This document shows positions 43,250 through 56,427 of a stretch of DNA of 64,000 nucleotides, piece by piece. The position numbers were made by a program, and so were the translations under genes. Source of the stretch: Desulfatiglandales bacterium (lineage in GTDB: Bacteria; Desulfobacterota; DSM-4660; Desulfatiglandales; Desulfatiglandaceae); contig OY762721.1 in assembly GCA_963666345.1 (NCBI GenBank), positions 2,112,001 to 2,176,000 of the forward strand, written 5' to 3'. The first letter of the stretch is position 1, and each line of letters starts with the position of its first letter. Below the pieces are notes generated by a model. That model was not told the origin of the DNA, ran no database searches, and saw only the letters and a program-made list of their open reading frames with translations.

Positions 43250-43475
43250 TATTAGGACAGATGTGGAATTTTTTTTAATAACTTTTTTATTAATGATCAA
43301 AGAACGGTAAATTGGAAAGTTATTCCACTTCAGTGTTTGAATATTCAAAACCAACCGGGAATTCAATTAATAACTCTTTTAGTATTTACAACAAAATACC
43401 CGGGTAATATACAAATCAACACAGACTTTTATTATTATTATATTTATAAAAGATAAAATAATATTAAACAGATGT
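43250..43475. other. probable oriC (dnaA-dnaN intergenic region)
   Basis: Degenerate boxes (TGTGGAATT 43262-43270, TATTCCACT 43321-43329, TCAACACAG about 43416), then (TTA)n trio-like tract and AT-rich DUE about 43427-43468; canonical position. Confidence 0.6.
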
Positions 43476-43503
43476 TAGAAAACAGATTGGAGCGGAGGCA
43501 AAA

Positions 43504-44619
43504 ATGGAAATAAAAATTGATAGAGAAATCTTTTTAAAAAGTATCTCCAGATTTCAAAGTATAATAGAGAAAAGAAGTAACATGCCTATTCTTTCAACTA
43601 TCCTTCTGACTGCAACTGATTCTGTTGTGCGTATTTCCGCAACTGATCTTGAAATCGGATTTCAGCAGATACTTGAAGCTGAAATTATTGGTGAAGGCAG
43701 TATAACGGTATCAGGCAGGAAGCTTTTCGAAATTCTGAAAGAAAGCAGGGCGAAAATATTTCATATAAAAGAAAAAGAAAACAACTGGGTTTTTCTTTCC
43801 GATGACGTTGCACAATTTAATCTGTCCTGCCTTCCTGCAGACGAATACCCTACCTTTGTTGAACCGATGGATGTAAATATGGTTGAAATAGAAGGAAATA
43901 TCCTCAGCGAAATGATCAATAAAACAATATATGCCGTGACAATGGAGGATGCAGGATTTAAGCTTTCGGGAATATTTACTGAAAAGACTGAATTTGAAGG
44001 GAATTCTTTTTTAAGGATGGTTGCAACCGACGGTCACAGGTTATCTTTGATTGATAAAACATTTTCTAATATTGATAAACTGGAATTAGGATCAGGCGTT
44101 GTTATTCCTAAGAAGGGAATGTCGGAAATTAATAAACTTGCCTCAGACGGCGGCACTGTTATGCTAGGTTTCAAGGATAAAAACTGTGTTGTTAAAAAAG
44201 ATAATACCCTCCTGATAATTAGGCTGCTTGAAACAAAATTTCCGGATTATCATGCCGTAATACCGAAAGATTCTAAATTCAAGATAGATGTAGACAGGGT
44301 ACTTATAAACGATGCCATGAGAAAAATGCTTATACTTAGCAATGAGCGGTATCGGGCGGTAAAAATTATATTGGATAAGGATCTAATGGAGTTGTTTTCA
44401 ACAAATCCTGATCTGGGAGAGGCTCATGAAAGCATCCAGGTAAAGTATAACGATGAACGAATGGAAATAGGTTTCAATCCCAGATATTTTATCGACACTC
44501 TCCAGGCTATGGAAAGTGATCTGATAAGTTTGAGCTTTTTAGACAGTCTCAAACCTTGCGTGATAAGAGGTCAAGTAGATGAAGGTTTTGTGGGGCTTAT
44601 GATGCCTATGAGGTTATAG
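43504..44619 (+). CDS. dnaN: DNA polymerase III beta clamp
   Basis: MPILS, ATDLEI, VATDGHRL, FPDY, IGFNPRY, MMPMRL. Confidence 0.96.
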   Translation: MEIKIDREIFLKSISRFQSIIEKRSNMPILSTILLTATDSVVRISATDLEIGFQQILEAEIIGEGSITVSGRKLFEILKESRAKIFHIKEKENNWVFLSDDVAQFNLSCLPADEYPTFVEPMDVNMVEIEGNILSEMINKTIYAVTMEDAGFKLSGIFTEKTEFEGNSFLRMVATDGHRLSLIDKTFSNIDKLELGSGVVIPKKGMSEINKLASDGGTVMLGFKDKNCVVKKDNTLLIIRLLETKFPDYHAVIPKDSKFKIDVDRVLINDAMRKMLILSNERYRAVKIILDKDLMELFSTNPDLGEAHESIQVKYNDERMEIGFNPRYFIDTLQAMESDLISLSFLDSLKPCVIRGQVDEGFVGLMMPMRL

Positions 44620-47082
<2,463 letters not shown>

Positions 47083-47112
47083 AAAAACAAGAAATTGGTC
47101 TGGAGAATTTTG

Positions 47113-49533
47113 ATGATTAGCGATTTTAAAATTGATTCCGTAAATATAGAAGATGAAATGAAGAAGTCCTATCTTGAATACTCAATGAGTGTCATTGTAG
47201 GAAGAGCACTGCCCGATGTAAGAGACGGTCTGAAGCCTGTTCATAGAAGAGTCTTATATGGAATGCATGAGTTGAAAAATTTTTATAACAGGCCTTTCAA
47301 GAAGTCTGCAAGGGTGGTGGGTGACGTTATAGGTAAATATCATCCTCATGGAGATGCGGCTGTTTATGACACCATAGCCAGAATGGCACAGGATTTCTCT
47401 ATGAGATATACCATCGTGGACGGTCAGGGGAACTTCGGATCCGTAGATGGAGACCCCCCTGCTGCTATGCGTTATACCGAAGTAAGAATGACTAAGCTGG
47501 CTCAGGAATTTTTGAGTGACATAGAAAAGGAAACCGTAGACTTCAGGCCGAACTATGATGAATCTCTAAGTGAACCGGTTATTCTACCGACCAGGGTACC
47601 AAACCTGCTTGTGAACGGCTCTTCCGGAATAGCCGTCGGAATGGCTACGAATATTCCGCCTCATAATCTTGGGGAAATTTGCCGGGCCGTTATCAAGATG
47701 ATAGATGATCCGGATGTAACTTTAAAGGAATTGATGGGAATGGTGCCGGGGCCCGATTTTCCTACGGCAGGTTTCATATTGGGGAAAAGAGGGATACAGG
47801 AAGCGTATAAAACGGGAAGAGGTATAATAAAAATAAGGGCCCGAGCATTTGTTGAAAAGTTAGCTCATAACAAGGAGAGAATTGTTGTATCGGAGATCCC
47901 CTACCAGGTTAACAAGGCAAAACTTCTTGAAAAGATAGCCGAACTTGTAAGGGATAAGAAAATTGAAGGAATTTCAGATATCAGGGATGAATCCGACCGA
48001 GACGGAATGAGAATTGTTGTAGATGTGAAGCGTGAAGGAAAGGCCCTTGTGATTCTAAACAGACTCTATAAGTACACGCAGATGGAGACATCTCTGGGAA
48101 TTATTCTGCTGGCCATTGCCAACAACAGACCTGAGGTTTTGACGCTTAAAAAAATAATCAAATATTTCATAAGCCACAGGCGTGAGATAATAATTCGGAG
48201 AACAATTTATGATTTGAAAAAGGCCGAAGAGCGCGCGCATATACTGGAAGGGCTTAAAAAGGCTTTAGATTTTCTCGATGATATAATTGAACTAATTCGA
48301 TCTTCTACAGATCCAGGAGAAGCAAAGGCAAGACTCATCAGGGAATTTGAATTTTCCGAAATACAGGCGCAGGCGATACTTGACATGCGTCTTCAGCGAT
48401 TAACCGGACTGGAAAGGGAAAAGATAAATGCCGAGTACCAGGATCTCATAAAAAGCATCTCAAAATTAAAGGCTATCTTGGGTAGTCAGGCTATGGTTTC
48501 GGAGATCATAAAGGGCGAAATGAAGGAAATTGAATCAAAACATGGAAATGAGAGAAGGACAGAAATACTTGAGGATGCTGATGAATTAGAATTAGAGGAT
48601 CTTATCGCCAATGAGGATATGGTGGTTACAATAAGCCACGAAGGATATATCAAACGAAATCCGATAAGCCTTTATCGTGCACAGAGAAGAGGAGGTAAGG
48701 GATTAACCGGGGTAAAGACCAAGGCCGAAGATTTCGTGGAACTGCTGTTTGTGGCCTCCTCCCATGATTATCTTATGTTTTTCACAAATAAGGGAAGGGT
48801 GTACTGGAAAAAGGTCCATGAAGTACCGGAGGGCAGTCGGATGGCCCGTGGAAAGGCCATTGTGAATCTTCTTGATCTCCAGAAGGGAGAAAAGGTCGCA
48901 ACGACGCTTGCCGTGAAGAACTTCGAGGAAGGAAAATACGTGGTAATGGCCACAAAGAACGGGATTGTAAAGAAAACTGAACTGAAATCCTATAGTCATC
49001 CCAGGATCACCGGGATTTTAGGAATAAAGATACGAGAAGATGATGAACTTATTGCCGTTCGTGTTACAAGCGGGGAACAGGATATTTTTCTGACGACGCA
49101 AATGGGTAAATCGCTTAGATTCAATGAATCACAGCTTCGAAGTATGGGCCGGGTCGCCTCCGGAAACATAGGGATAAGACTCGGAAAAAGGGATGCGGTG
49201 GTCGGAATGGAAGTCCTTGAGGAGGGAGCTACCATCCTTACTGTAACGGAAAACGGTTTTGGAAAGAGAACTAAGACCGAGGAATATAGGTGCCAGGCAA
49301 GGGGTGGAAAGGGAATATTTACAATTAAGACCAGCCAAAGAAATGGACTGGTAGTATCCTCATACCGGGTAACAGATCAAGACGAATTAATGATAATAAC
49401 AGGTCATGGAAAGATTATTCGCTTGAGGGTGGGGGATATATCGATAATTGGAAGAAATACGCAGGGAGTTACGCTTATCAACCTGGAGGAGGGAGAAAAG
49501 GTTGTGGGTGTGGCAAAGCTGATGGATGATTAG
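47113..49533 (+). CDS. gyrA: DNA gyrase subunit A
   Basis: [33 protein letters not shown] GyrA box. Confidence 0.97.
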   Translation: MISDFKIDSVNIEDEMKKSYLEYSMSVIVGRALPDVRDGLKPVHRRVLYGMHELKNFYNRPFKKSARVVGDVIGKYHPHGDAAVYDTIARMAQDFSMRYTIVDGQGNFGSVDGDPPAAMRYTEVRMTKLAQEFLSDIEKETVDFRPNYDESLSEPVILPTRVPNLLVNGSSGIAVGMATNIPPHNLGEICRAVIKMIDDPDVTLKELMGMVPGPDFPTAGFILGKRGIQEAYKTGRGIIKIRARAFVEKLAHNKERIVVSEIPYQVNKAKLLEKIAELVRDKKIEGISDIRDESDRDGMRIVVDVKREGKALVILNRLYKYTQMETSLGIILLAIANNRPEVLTLKKIIKYFISHRREIIIRRTIYDLKKAEERAHILEGLKKALDFLDDIIELIRSSTDPGEAKARLIREFEFSEIQAQAILDMRLQRLTGLEREKINAEYQDLIKSISKLKAILGSQAMVSEIIKGEMKEIESKHGNERRTEILEDADELELEDLIANEDMVVTISHEGYIKRNPISLYRAQRRGGKGLTGVKTKAEDFVELLFVASSHDYLMFFTNKGRVYWKKVHEVPEGSRMARGKAIVNLLDLQKGEKVATTLAVKNFEEGKYVVMATKNGIVKKTELKSYSHPRITGILGIKIREDDELIAVRVTSGEQDIFLTTQMGKSLRFNESQLRSMGRVASGNIGIRLGKRDAVVGMEVLEEGATILTVTENGFGKRTKTEEYRCQARGGKGIFTIKTSQRNGLVVSSYRVTDQDELMIITGHGKIIRLRVGDISIIGRNTQGVTLINLEEGEKVVGVAKLMDD

Positions 49534-49558
49534 AGACCTGAAGTAAGAGAAGAATGTT

Positions 49559-50578
49559 ATGAATGAAAATAGACGGAATATCGCTGTTATAGGAGCGGGC
49601 AGTTGGGGAACCGCTCTTGGAAATCTGCTGGCGGAGAAGGGGTTTAATGTCGATCTGTGGGTAAGGGAGGATGATGTTTTTCATCAGATACGCAAAGAGA
49701 GGGAAAACAAGGTGTTTCTGCCCGGTATAAGGCTCTCAGATGGTTTAAATGCGGTAAATAGCTATGAGGAGGCCCTACTGGGTAAAGAACTTGTTTTGAT
49801 TGTGGTTCCTTCTCATGTTTTCAGAAAGGTATTGAGGGAAATGAAGCCGTATGTGAACAACGGGATGTCCCTTATCACTGCGACAAAAGGTATTGAAAAC
49901 GAATCGCTTGAAGTAATGTCCGGTGTTGCATCAGCTATTTTGGGTAATGAGTATCTGGAGAAGTTTTCATGTCTGTCAGGACCAAGCTTTGCAAAAGAGG
50001 TGGTAAGAAGGTTGCCCACCGCCGTTACTATAGCATGCAGGGATGCAAAGCATGCCAAGCGAATGCAGGAGGTTTTCTACACTGAACATTTCCGTGTGTA
50101 TGTAAGTGACGATATCATGGGTGTGCAGCTTGGTGGCGCATTGAAAAATGTTGTAGCTATCGCGGCCGGGGCTTCAGACGGTCTTAGATTCGGGTATAAT
50201 GCCAGAGCGGCACTGATAACAAGGGGGTTGGCGGAAATATCCAGGCTGGGTGTGTCAATGGGGGCTAATCCGCTTACGTTTGCAGGATTGGCAGGAATGG
50301 GTGATCTTGTGCTTACATGTACCGGGGATCTCAGCAGAAACCGGAGCGTGGGGATAAAGATCGGTGAAGGCATGTCAATTGAAGAGATCACCGGAAGGAT
50401 GAAAATGGTTGCAGAGGGAGTAAAAACTACAAAATCTGCATTTGAACTGGGCAGAAAAATGGGAGTGGATATGCCGATAATAAATCAGGTTTACAATATA
50501 ATCTATGAGAAGAAAAAACCTGAAAAGGCTGTAAGAGATCTGATGAAGAGAAAATTGAAGGCGGAGATTGAGTCTTGA
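49559..50578 (+). CDS. gpsA: NAD(P)H-dependent glycerol-3-phosphate dehydrogenase
   Basis: GAGSWGTA, TKGIE, SGPSFA, GALKN, GDLVLTC..SRN. Confidence 0.95.
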   Translation: MNENRRNIAVIGAGSWGTALGNLLAEKGFNVDLWVREDDVFHQIRKERENKVFLPGIRLSDGLNAVNSYEEALLGKELVLIVVPSHVFRKVLREMKPYVNNGMSLITATKGIENESLEVMSGVASAILGNEYLEKFSCLSGPSFAKEVVRRLPTAVTIACRDAKHAKRMQEVFYTEHFRVYVSDDIMGVQLGGALKNVVAIAAGASDGLRFGYNARAALITRGLAEISRLGVSMGANPLTFAGLAGMGDLVLTCTGDLSRNRSVGIKIGEGMSIEEITGRMKMVAEGVKTTKSAFELGRKMGVDMPIINQVYNIIYEKKKPEKAVRDLMKRKLKAEIES

Positions 50579-50648
50579 TGAGATTTTAATAGGGCTGTTC
50601 ATGATTCAGGTTTGAATAAAATAGGAATAACAGGTACAGAGGAATTAT

Positions 50649-50840
50649 ATGGCAGCCATAAAACCAAAAGGGGAAAAGATCCGGCAGGCGGTAAAATGGA
50701 TATCGGATAAGCTGAAATCGGGACAAAACGATACTGTGTTGACCCTGGTGACAGAGGCCTCATTAAAGTATAACCTTTCACCCAGGGAAGAGGACTATCT
50801 TCTGAGTTTTTATAAGAAGAATACTAATGATGAAAAATAA
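50649..50840 (+). CDS. small hypothetical protein (63 aa)
   Basis: GAGG RBS, amphipathic helical sequence, fills the gpsA-dnaA2 gap. Confidence 0.7.
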   Translation: MAAIKPKGEKIRQAVKWISDKLKSGQNDTVLTLVTEASLKYNLSPREEDYLLSFYKKNTNDEK

Positions 50841-50929
50841 TTACGCAAGGAAATTAGGCGCTTATATTAGACTTGGGGCTGTTTTTCAAGGAGAATGAAA
50901 TAACTAGATTTTCAATGAAGCAAGGGAAA

Positions 50930-52276
50930 TCAATTTCTGGAATTATGAAGCCTTTTACTTAAAAACTGAACCTGCCTTCTTGTCTTCTCATCTTTTTTCA
51001 TATTAGCTTCGATTAGTTCTGAAGCGTATAACACAGTGGAATGACTGCGATTAATAGTTGCGCCTATTTCTTCAAGGGTCTCGTCCGTATACCTTCTGGA
51101 TAGGTAGGCACAGATATTTCTCGGTAATACGTATATCTTTTTGCGGGATTTGGAGCTGACCATTTCAGGGTCAATGTTGTAGTATTTTGAAACCAGCTGT
51201 TTGACATCCTGGCTGGATATAGAGGCCTCTGAAGTTACCAGGCAGTCTACGACTTCCTTGGCAAGGTCGAGATCTATTTTTACATTAAGAAGGGCGGATT
51301 TGGCACTGAGGGAATTAAGGGCACTTTCCATTTGGCGGACATCCCTTGTAAGTCTGCCGGCAATGAAGTGGATTATCTCGTCGGCGAGATTCAGGTTCTT
51401 TTCAAAGGCCTTTTCAGATAATATCTTTACCCTTGTTTCATAATCGGGGTTATCTATGGTGCTGACCAGGCCGCATGTAAGCCTTGATGAGAGCTCTTTT
51501 GACATGCGGGGGATATCCTTTGGGGGAAGAGAACTGGTGAAGATTAATTTTTTATTGTCATTGCAAAGGGCATCAAGGGTATATCCCAGTTCCACCTGAG
51601 TTTTTTCTTTTCCGCTCAGAAAATGGATCTCTTCCAAAAGCAGTACATCACAGGAACGCCGATACCTGTTTTTGAATTCATCGATGCGGTTGTTTCTGAT
51701 AGAAGAAATCATTTCGTTGGTGAAATCCTCTGCAGTTATGTAGAAAACCTTGGCCTTTGGGTTGATGTGCATGATTTTGTTACCCACGGCCTGAGAAAGA
51801 TGGGTCTTCCCCAGTCCGGTTTTGGCCAGCATTAGCAGGGTATTGTAATGCCGGGATTGGCTGCGGGCAAGCTCCTGGGAGGCTGAATAGGCGAATTCAT
51901 TTGACGGTCCGACTATAAATCGGTCAAAGGTGAAGCCCTTGTTGAAGAATTTGAAGCTGGAGCCTGAAGTCTTAAAATTGGGGAGAGTAAGTTGCTTTGG
52001 GCCTTTGGAGTCGGAAGGGTTGGGATTTGATTTGATTTTACGATCTACATCGAAGCACAGATCCAAATGTCGATTGGTTGTGGAATTTAATTTATCCAGG
52101 ATAAGTTCATAATAATTCTGCTTGACCCAGTTGCAGGAAAATTTATTCGGAAATCCAAGAGTTAATGTATTGCCGTCATTAGATACAAAAGATATCGGTC
52201 GTATCCAGAGTGAGAAGGTGTTTTTCGGGATTTCATTGCTAAGCTGGTTCTTTATCTCCTCCCAACAGACCTTCAT
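50930..52276 (-). CDS. dnaA: DnaA paralog 2 (with QLTLP clamp-binding-like motif)
   Basis: FSLWI, FPNKF, FTFDRFIVGPSNEFA, TGLGKTHL, SGKEKTQ, SSRL..GL, DVRQMES, RSHSTVLYA. Confidence 0.9.
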   Translation of the reverse strand: MKVCWEEIKNQLSNEIPKNTFSLWIRPISFVSNDGNTLTLGFPNKFSCNWVKQNYYELILDKLNSTTNRHLDLCFDVDRKIKSNPNPSDSKGPKQLTLPNFKTSGSSFKFFNKGFTFDRFIVGPSNEFAYSASQELARSQSRHYNTLLMLAKTGLGKTHLSQAVGNKIMHINPKAKVFYITAEDFTNEMISSIRNNRIDEFKNRYRRSCDVLLLEEIHFLSGKEKTQVELGYTLDALCNDNKKLIFTSSLPPKDIPRMSKELSSRLTCGLVSTIDNPDYETRVKILSEKAFEKNLNLADEIIHFIAGRLTRDVRQMESALNSLSAKSALLNVKIDLDLAKEVVDCLVTSEASISSQDVKQLVSKYYNIDPEMVSSKSRKKIYVLPRNICAYLSRRYTDETLEEIGATINRSHSTVLYASELIEANMKKDEKTRRQVQFLSKRLHNSRN

Positions 52277-52827
52277 CTATTTCTCCCGGTTTTTAACAGA
52301 ATTAACGTTTATGTTGAAAAGTGAATTGAAATGAATCAAACAGGATGTTAATCGTATTTATACGAATGGGTGTTTAGATGTCAAAGCTCGTTGATGAGAG
52401 GCAAAAGTTATGTGAGATACTCTTTTTGACATAAGGTAACGTATTCGGCTCACAAGGGAAATCGGCAGTGTCGGTGTAAGTCACCGAGAAGGTGACGTTT
52501 TTTAGAATATAAAATTGGACCAAAAAACAATTACTTAAGCAAAAGAGCTGCGTTGTTTAAAAAAATATCCACATTGGAGATCATTAAAATACTACGATTT
52601 ACGCAGTTTTTTAATGATATTCATTTTCTTATAGGGGATATTTTGGATAATAAAATGATAGTGATATATGGTGAAAGTTAGGAAAGAAAATTGCATGAGC
52701 TGTAACTTATTTATATTGCAAGGTAAAAATAGAATAAAAAGAGCCTGCTGCCGGAGGTTAACTCTATTTTAAAAATTATATTAAAAAACAAAGAGGTGCA
52801 TTTTCTGTAAATGGGGGAAAATTGCTG

Positions 52828-53754
52828 ATGAACAAGAAAAGGATAGTTGTAATTGCGGGAGGTTGGTCTAAAGAAAGGGAGATTTCTCTTGATAGCGGTA
52901 GGGCTGTGTACGATGCCATCGATAGAAATCGTTACGATGTAATGATGTGCGACCCGTTGAATGGGCTTGAAAGGATAATGGAAGGTAGGGATTCCATTGG
53001 ACTTGCCTTTGTGTTGCTTCATGGGCGGAGCGGTGAGGACGGATCGATGCAAGGGTTTCTTGAGACTTTGGGGATTCCCTACGTCGGGTCGGGGGTTCTT
53101 GCAAGTGCGATGGCAATGAACAAACATAAGGCAAAACAGATATTCAGGGCTAACGATATTAAGGTCGCCGATGACATTTTAGTGAGAAAAGATGAACAGG
53201 TAACTGCTTGTAATATATTTAAAATGCTTGGTGAAACGGTCGTAACAAAGCCCGTAACTGAAGGATCAAGCATCGGCATGTCTATCTGTAGAAGCGAAGA
53301 AGAGTTTGACAGGGGATTTGAGATGGCCGCGGGACACGGAAGTGAGGTTATGATCGAATCGTACATAAAGGGAAGAGAGGTGACATGCTGTATCCTTGGA
53401 AATTCAAAACTTGAAGCCCTGCCTATAGTGGAGATTGCACCTGGAGAAGGGCACCTCTTCTTTGACTACGAGGCAAAATACACCAGCGGAGTCGCGGCGG
53501 AAATCTGCCCGGCCCGGATTGATGAAAAAATTGCTGAAGGGGTGAAAAAAATTGCTCGAAAAGCTCATGTAGCGCTTTGCTGCAAGGTGTGGAGCAGGAC
53601 AGACATGATTATTAGGGGAGATGATATTTTTGTGCTTGAGACAAATACGATCCCTGGAATGACTACCAACAGCCTGTTTCCGCTCGCTGCTAGAACGGGG
53701 GGTGTGCCATTTCCTCAACTCGTTGAAATACTTATTGAATTATCAATAGAATAA
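52828..53754 (+). CDS. ddl: D-alanine--D-alanine ligase
   Basis: GGWSKEREISL, LHGRSGEDG, EGSSIG, FDYEAKY, ETNTIPGMT. Confidence 0.95.
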   Translation: MNKKRIVVIAGGWSKEREISLDSGRAVYDAIDRNRYDVMMCDPLNGLERIMEGRDSIGLAFVLLHGRSGEDGSMQGFLETLGIPYVGSGVLASAMAMNKHKAKQIFRANDIKVADDILVRKDEQVTACNIFKMLGETVVTKPVTEGSSIGMSICRSEEEFDRGFEMAAGHGSEVMIESYIKGREVTCCILGNSKLEALPIVEIAPGEGHLFFDYEAKYTSGVAAEICPARIDEKIAEGVKKIARKAHVALCCKVWSRTDMIIRGDDIFVLETNTIPGMTTNSLFPLAARTGGVPFPQLVEILIELSIE

Positions 53755-53839
53755 GTGGGGTGTTTGGCCGAAGAATAGTGCCCCATGCCGTATGCTTCCG
53801 TGATGTTTTTTTCTGCCGGGCGGTGTGAAGAAAACGGGA

Positions 53840-53855
53840 TGTTTCACGTGAAACA
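53840..53855. promoter_or_regulatory. parS: parS centromere site
   Basis: Perfect palindrome TGTTTCACGTGAAACA upstream of parA. Confidence 0.95.
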
Positions 53856-54088
53856 TTGTTTTGCCTTTTCAAAGCATAAGTATTGTGCTATCAACTTCTC
53901 AAACTGCCGGATCGAATAAAGCATGGTCGCTCCGGTCAAAGGCGGGTAAGGCTTTGCCCTTTAACGGTTTGCAATCATGGAGTGTCCTTTTTATGTATGC
54001 GGCCCCTGTTTCTTTTTTTGTAAAAGCGGCACACGGATAATGTGATGACAATCTCTTCTTGTACTAACAGCGGGGTTCAGGGCATCTG

Positions 54089-54856
54089 ATGGCAAAGGTA
54101 ATCTCTATTTCTAATCAAAAGGGAGGGGTAGGCAAGACTACCACCGCCATAAATCTCTCGGCATCTCTTGCTGCGGCCGAAAAATCGTGTCTGCTTATTG
54201 ACTGCGATCCTCAAGGCAACGCCACCACCGGCCTGGGCATTGACAGATCCGGAATAAAGGCGGGGCTCTATGATCTTTTATTGGGAGGGCTGTCTCTGAG
54301 TGATGTTCTTTTGGACACGGCCCTTTCAGGCTTGCATCTCATAGCTGCAACCTCGGATCTGGTAGGAGCCGAGGTTGAAATGTCTTCGCTAAGGGATAAA
54401 GAGTTTTTACTTAAAAGGCACCTGATCAAATATGAGAATGAATTTGATTACGTATTTATCGACTGCCCGCCATCTCTGGGGTTTTTGACGGTGAATGCCA
54501 TGACAGCGGCCGGTTCAGTGATTGTGCCTCTGCAATGTGAATATTATGCCCTGGAGGGGCTTTCCCAGTTGCTGAGAACGATAAAGGCACTGAAACACTC
54601 GCTTAATCCGGGTTTGCGGCTTTCAGGAATTCTGCTCACCATGTATGATCAGCGTAACAATCTTTCAAAACAGGTAGCTGAAGAGGTACGGAATCATTTC
54701 AAGTCGACCGTTTTCAATACTGTTGTCCCTCGCAATGTAAGGTTGAGCGAGGCGCCCAGCCATGGCAAACCGATATTGCTTTATGATATACGTTCAACCG
54801 GCGCTCAAAGTTACCTGGAACTGGCAAAAGAGTTAATATGCAGGGAAATAGGATAA
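54089..54856 (+). CDS. parA: chromosome partitioning ATPase ParA/Soj
   Basis: NQKGGVGKTT, DPQGNAT, IDCPPSLG, QCEYYALEG, PRNVRLSEAPSHG. Confidence 0.96.
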   Translation: MAKVISISNQKGGVGKTTTAINLSASLAAAEKSCLLIDCDPQGNATTGLGIDRSGIKAGLYDLLLGGLSLSDVLLDTALSGLHLIAATSDLVGAEVEMSSLRDKEFLLKRHLIKYENEFDYVFIDCPPSLGFLTVNAMTAAGSVIVPLQCEYYALEGLSQLLRTIKALKHSLNPGLRLSGILLTMYDQRNNLSKQVAEEVRNHFKSTVFNTVVPRNVRLSEAPSHGKPILLYDIRSTGAQSYLELAKELICREIG

Positions 54857-54857
54857 G

Positions 54858-55706
54858 ATGAAAAAAAGGAAGGCGTTAGGCAAGGGGCTTTCTGCTATAA
54901 TACCTGAAGCGGAAGGTTTCGAGGAAAAGACGGGACAGTTTTTTCTTTGCCCCATAGAGCTTATCGAACCAAATCCCGATCAGCCCAGGAAGGATTTTTC
55001 TGAACCTGAGCTTCAGGAGATGGTAAATTCGGTGAAGGAAAAGGGTGTTATTACCCCGCTGCTTGTCAGTAGAAAAGATAATATATACCAGCTTATTGCC
55101 GGAGAGAGAAGGTGGCGCGCAGCCCAGCGGGGAGGGCTCGATCGCGTCCCGGTTATAGTGAAAGAGGCGAGTCCGACAGAGGTCTTGGAGCTTGCACTTA
55201 TCGAGAATATTCACAGAAAAGATCTTAATCCGATCGAGGAGGCCCTGGCTTTTAAAAAACTTATTACTGACGCGGGTATTACCCAGGATGAGTTGGCAAA
55301 ACGCATCGGTAAAGAGCGATCCACCGTTACGAACATCATGAGGCTTCTCAGCCTGCCCTTGTCAATGCAGGAAGATGTGATAAACGGACGGCTGTCCATG
55401 GGGCATGCAAGGGTGCTGGCAGGATTAAAGAGCAGCGAGGAACGGATCAGTCTCAGGGATGAAATAATCAACAGGGACCTGTCCGTAAGGCAGGCGGAAT
55501 CGCTGGCAAAAAAAGCGAAGTCCGGTAGTCCCAAAGGGGGTAAACCCGATTCAGAAAAGGATTATTATTTTAGATCTCTGGCGGATAATCTCAAGAGATC
55601 TCTGGGAACCAAAGTGGAAATAAGGAGAAACGGCAAAAGGGGGCGGATAGTCGTGCACTATTATTCCGATGATGAGCTGGACAGGTTGCTTGAGCTTCTA
55701 TGTTGA
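54858..55706 (+). CDS. parB: chromosome partitioning protein ParB/Spo0J
   Basis: LGKGLSA, PNPDQPRK, IAGERRWRA, ALIEN, HTH, MGHAR. Confidence 0.96.
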   Translation: MKKRKALGKGLSAIIPEAEGFEEKTGQFFLCPIELIEPNPDQPRKDFSEPELQEMVNSVKEKGVITPLLVSRKDNIYQLIAGERRWRAAQRGGLDRVPVIVKEASPTEVLELALIENIHRKDLNPIEEALAFKKLITDAGITQDELAKRIGKERSTVTNIMRLLSLPLSMQEDVINGRLSMGHARVLAGLKSSEERISLRDEIINRDLSVRQAESLAKKAKSGSPKGGKPDSEKDYYFRSLADNLKRSLGTKVEIRRNGKRGRIVVHYYSDDELDRLLELLC

Positions 55707-56317
55707 TCCTTTCCGCTCCTCCATCTTCTCTCTTTACCCTGCACTATTCTGACAAGGTTGTCCCTGTGCCTTAAACAAATCAGGAAACTGATTGCGGCGG
55801 GTACAATCAACGCCTTAAAGGGCACGCCGGTTGCCGCCAGAATAAAAGGCATTGCACAAGCTGATATCAATGACGCTAGGGAAATGATATCCCATATATA
55901 TACTGCAGATATGAAACAGAGCACGGCAAATGCAGCGCCAAGAGGTGATATCCCCAGATATACTCCGAGGGCAGTTGCTACGCCTTTTCCACCCCTGAAG
56001 CCCAAAAACAGTGAGAACTGGTGCCCCAGGAGGCTTGCCAGGCCTATAAGAGACAGGTCAAGACACAGTTCCTGAAAGTTAAGGGTGGCAAGACTACGGT
56101 ACAGCAAAATGGGTAAGAATCCCTTCAACAGGTCGACCGTGAGAGTCAAAACACCCCATTTGAGGCCGACTTCCCTCGCGACATTTGTAGCTCCGATGTT
56201 TTTGCTGCCCCTTGTGGTAATATCAATTCGGGCAACCTTCGCCGCAATTATTTTTCCAAACGGTACGGATCCCAGTATATATGCTGCTGAAATGTATAAT
56301 AGAAGTTGTGAATTCAT
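55661..56317 (-). CDS. plsY: glycerol-3-phosphate acyltransferase PlsY
   Basis: YILGSVPFG, GSKNIGATN, DLLKG, GGKGVAT, RHRDNL. Confidence 0.94.
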   Translation of the reverse strand: MNSQLLLYISAAYILGSVPFGKIIAAKVARIDITTRGSKNIGATNVAREVGLKWGVLTLTVDLLKGFLPILLYRSLATLNFQELCLDLSLIGLASLLGHQFSLFLGFRGGKGVATALGVYLGISPLGAAFAVLCFISAVYIWDIISLASLISACAMPFILAATGVPFKALIVPAAISFLICLRHRDNLVRIVQGKERRWRSGKDQHRSSSNLSSSSSE

Positions 56318-56427
56318 TATGATTCCTTTAAAGGCACGCGGATGTTTTCCCGCGGGTCATTGATAATATAGTCACTTGGCTTTTTGTAGTAGTTACTATA
56401 TCTTAAAGTACATGCTTTATCATTCGT

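Noticed and set aside
52711..53134. Minus-strand ORFs opposite ddl
   Set aside because: Shadow frames of ddl
55661..55706. Convergent 3' overlap of parB and plsY (also lepB and NUDIX)
   Set aside because: Short tail-to-tail overlaps are common
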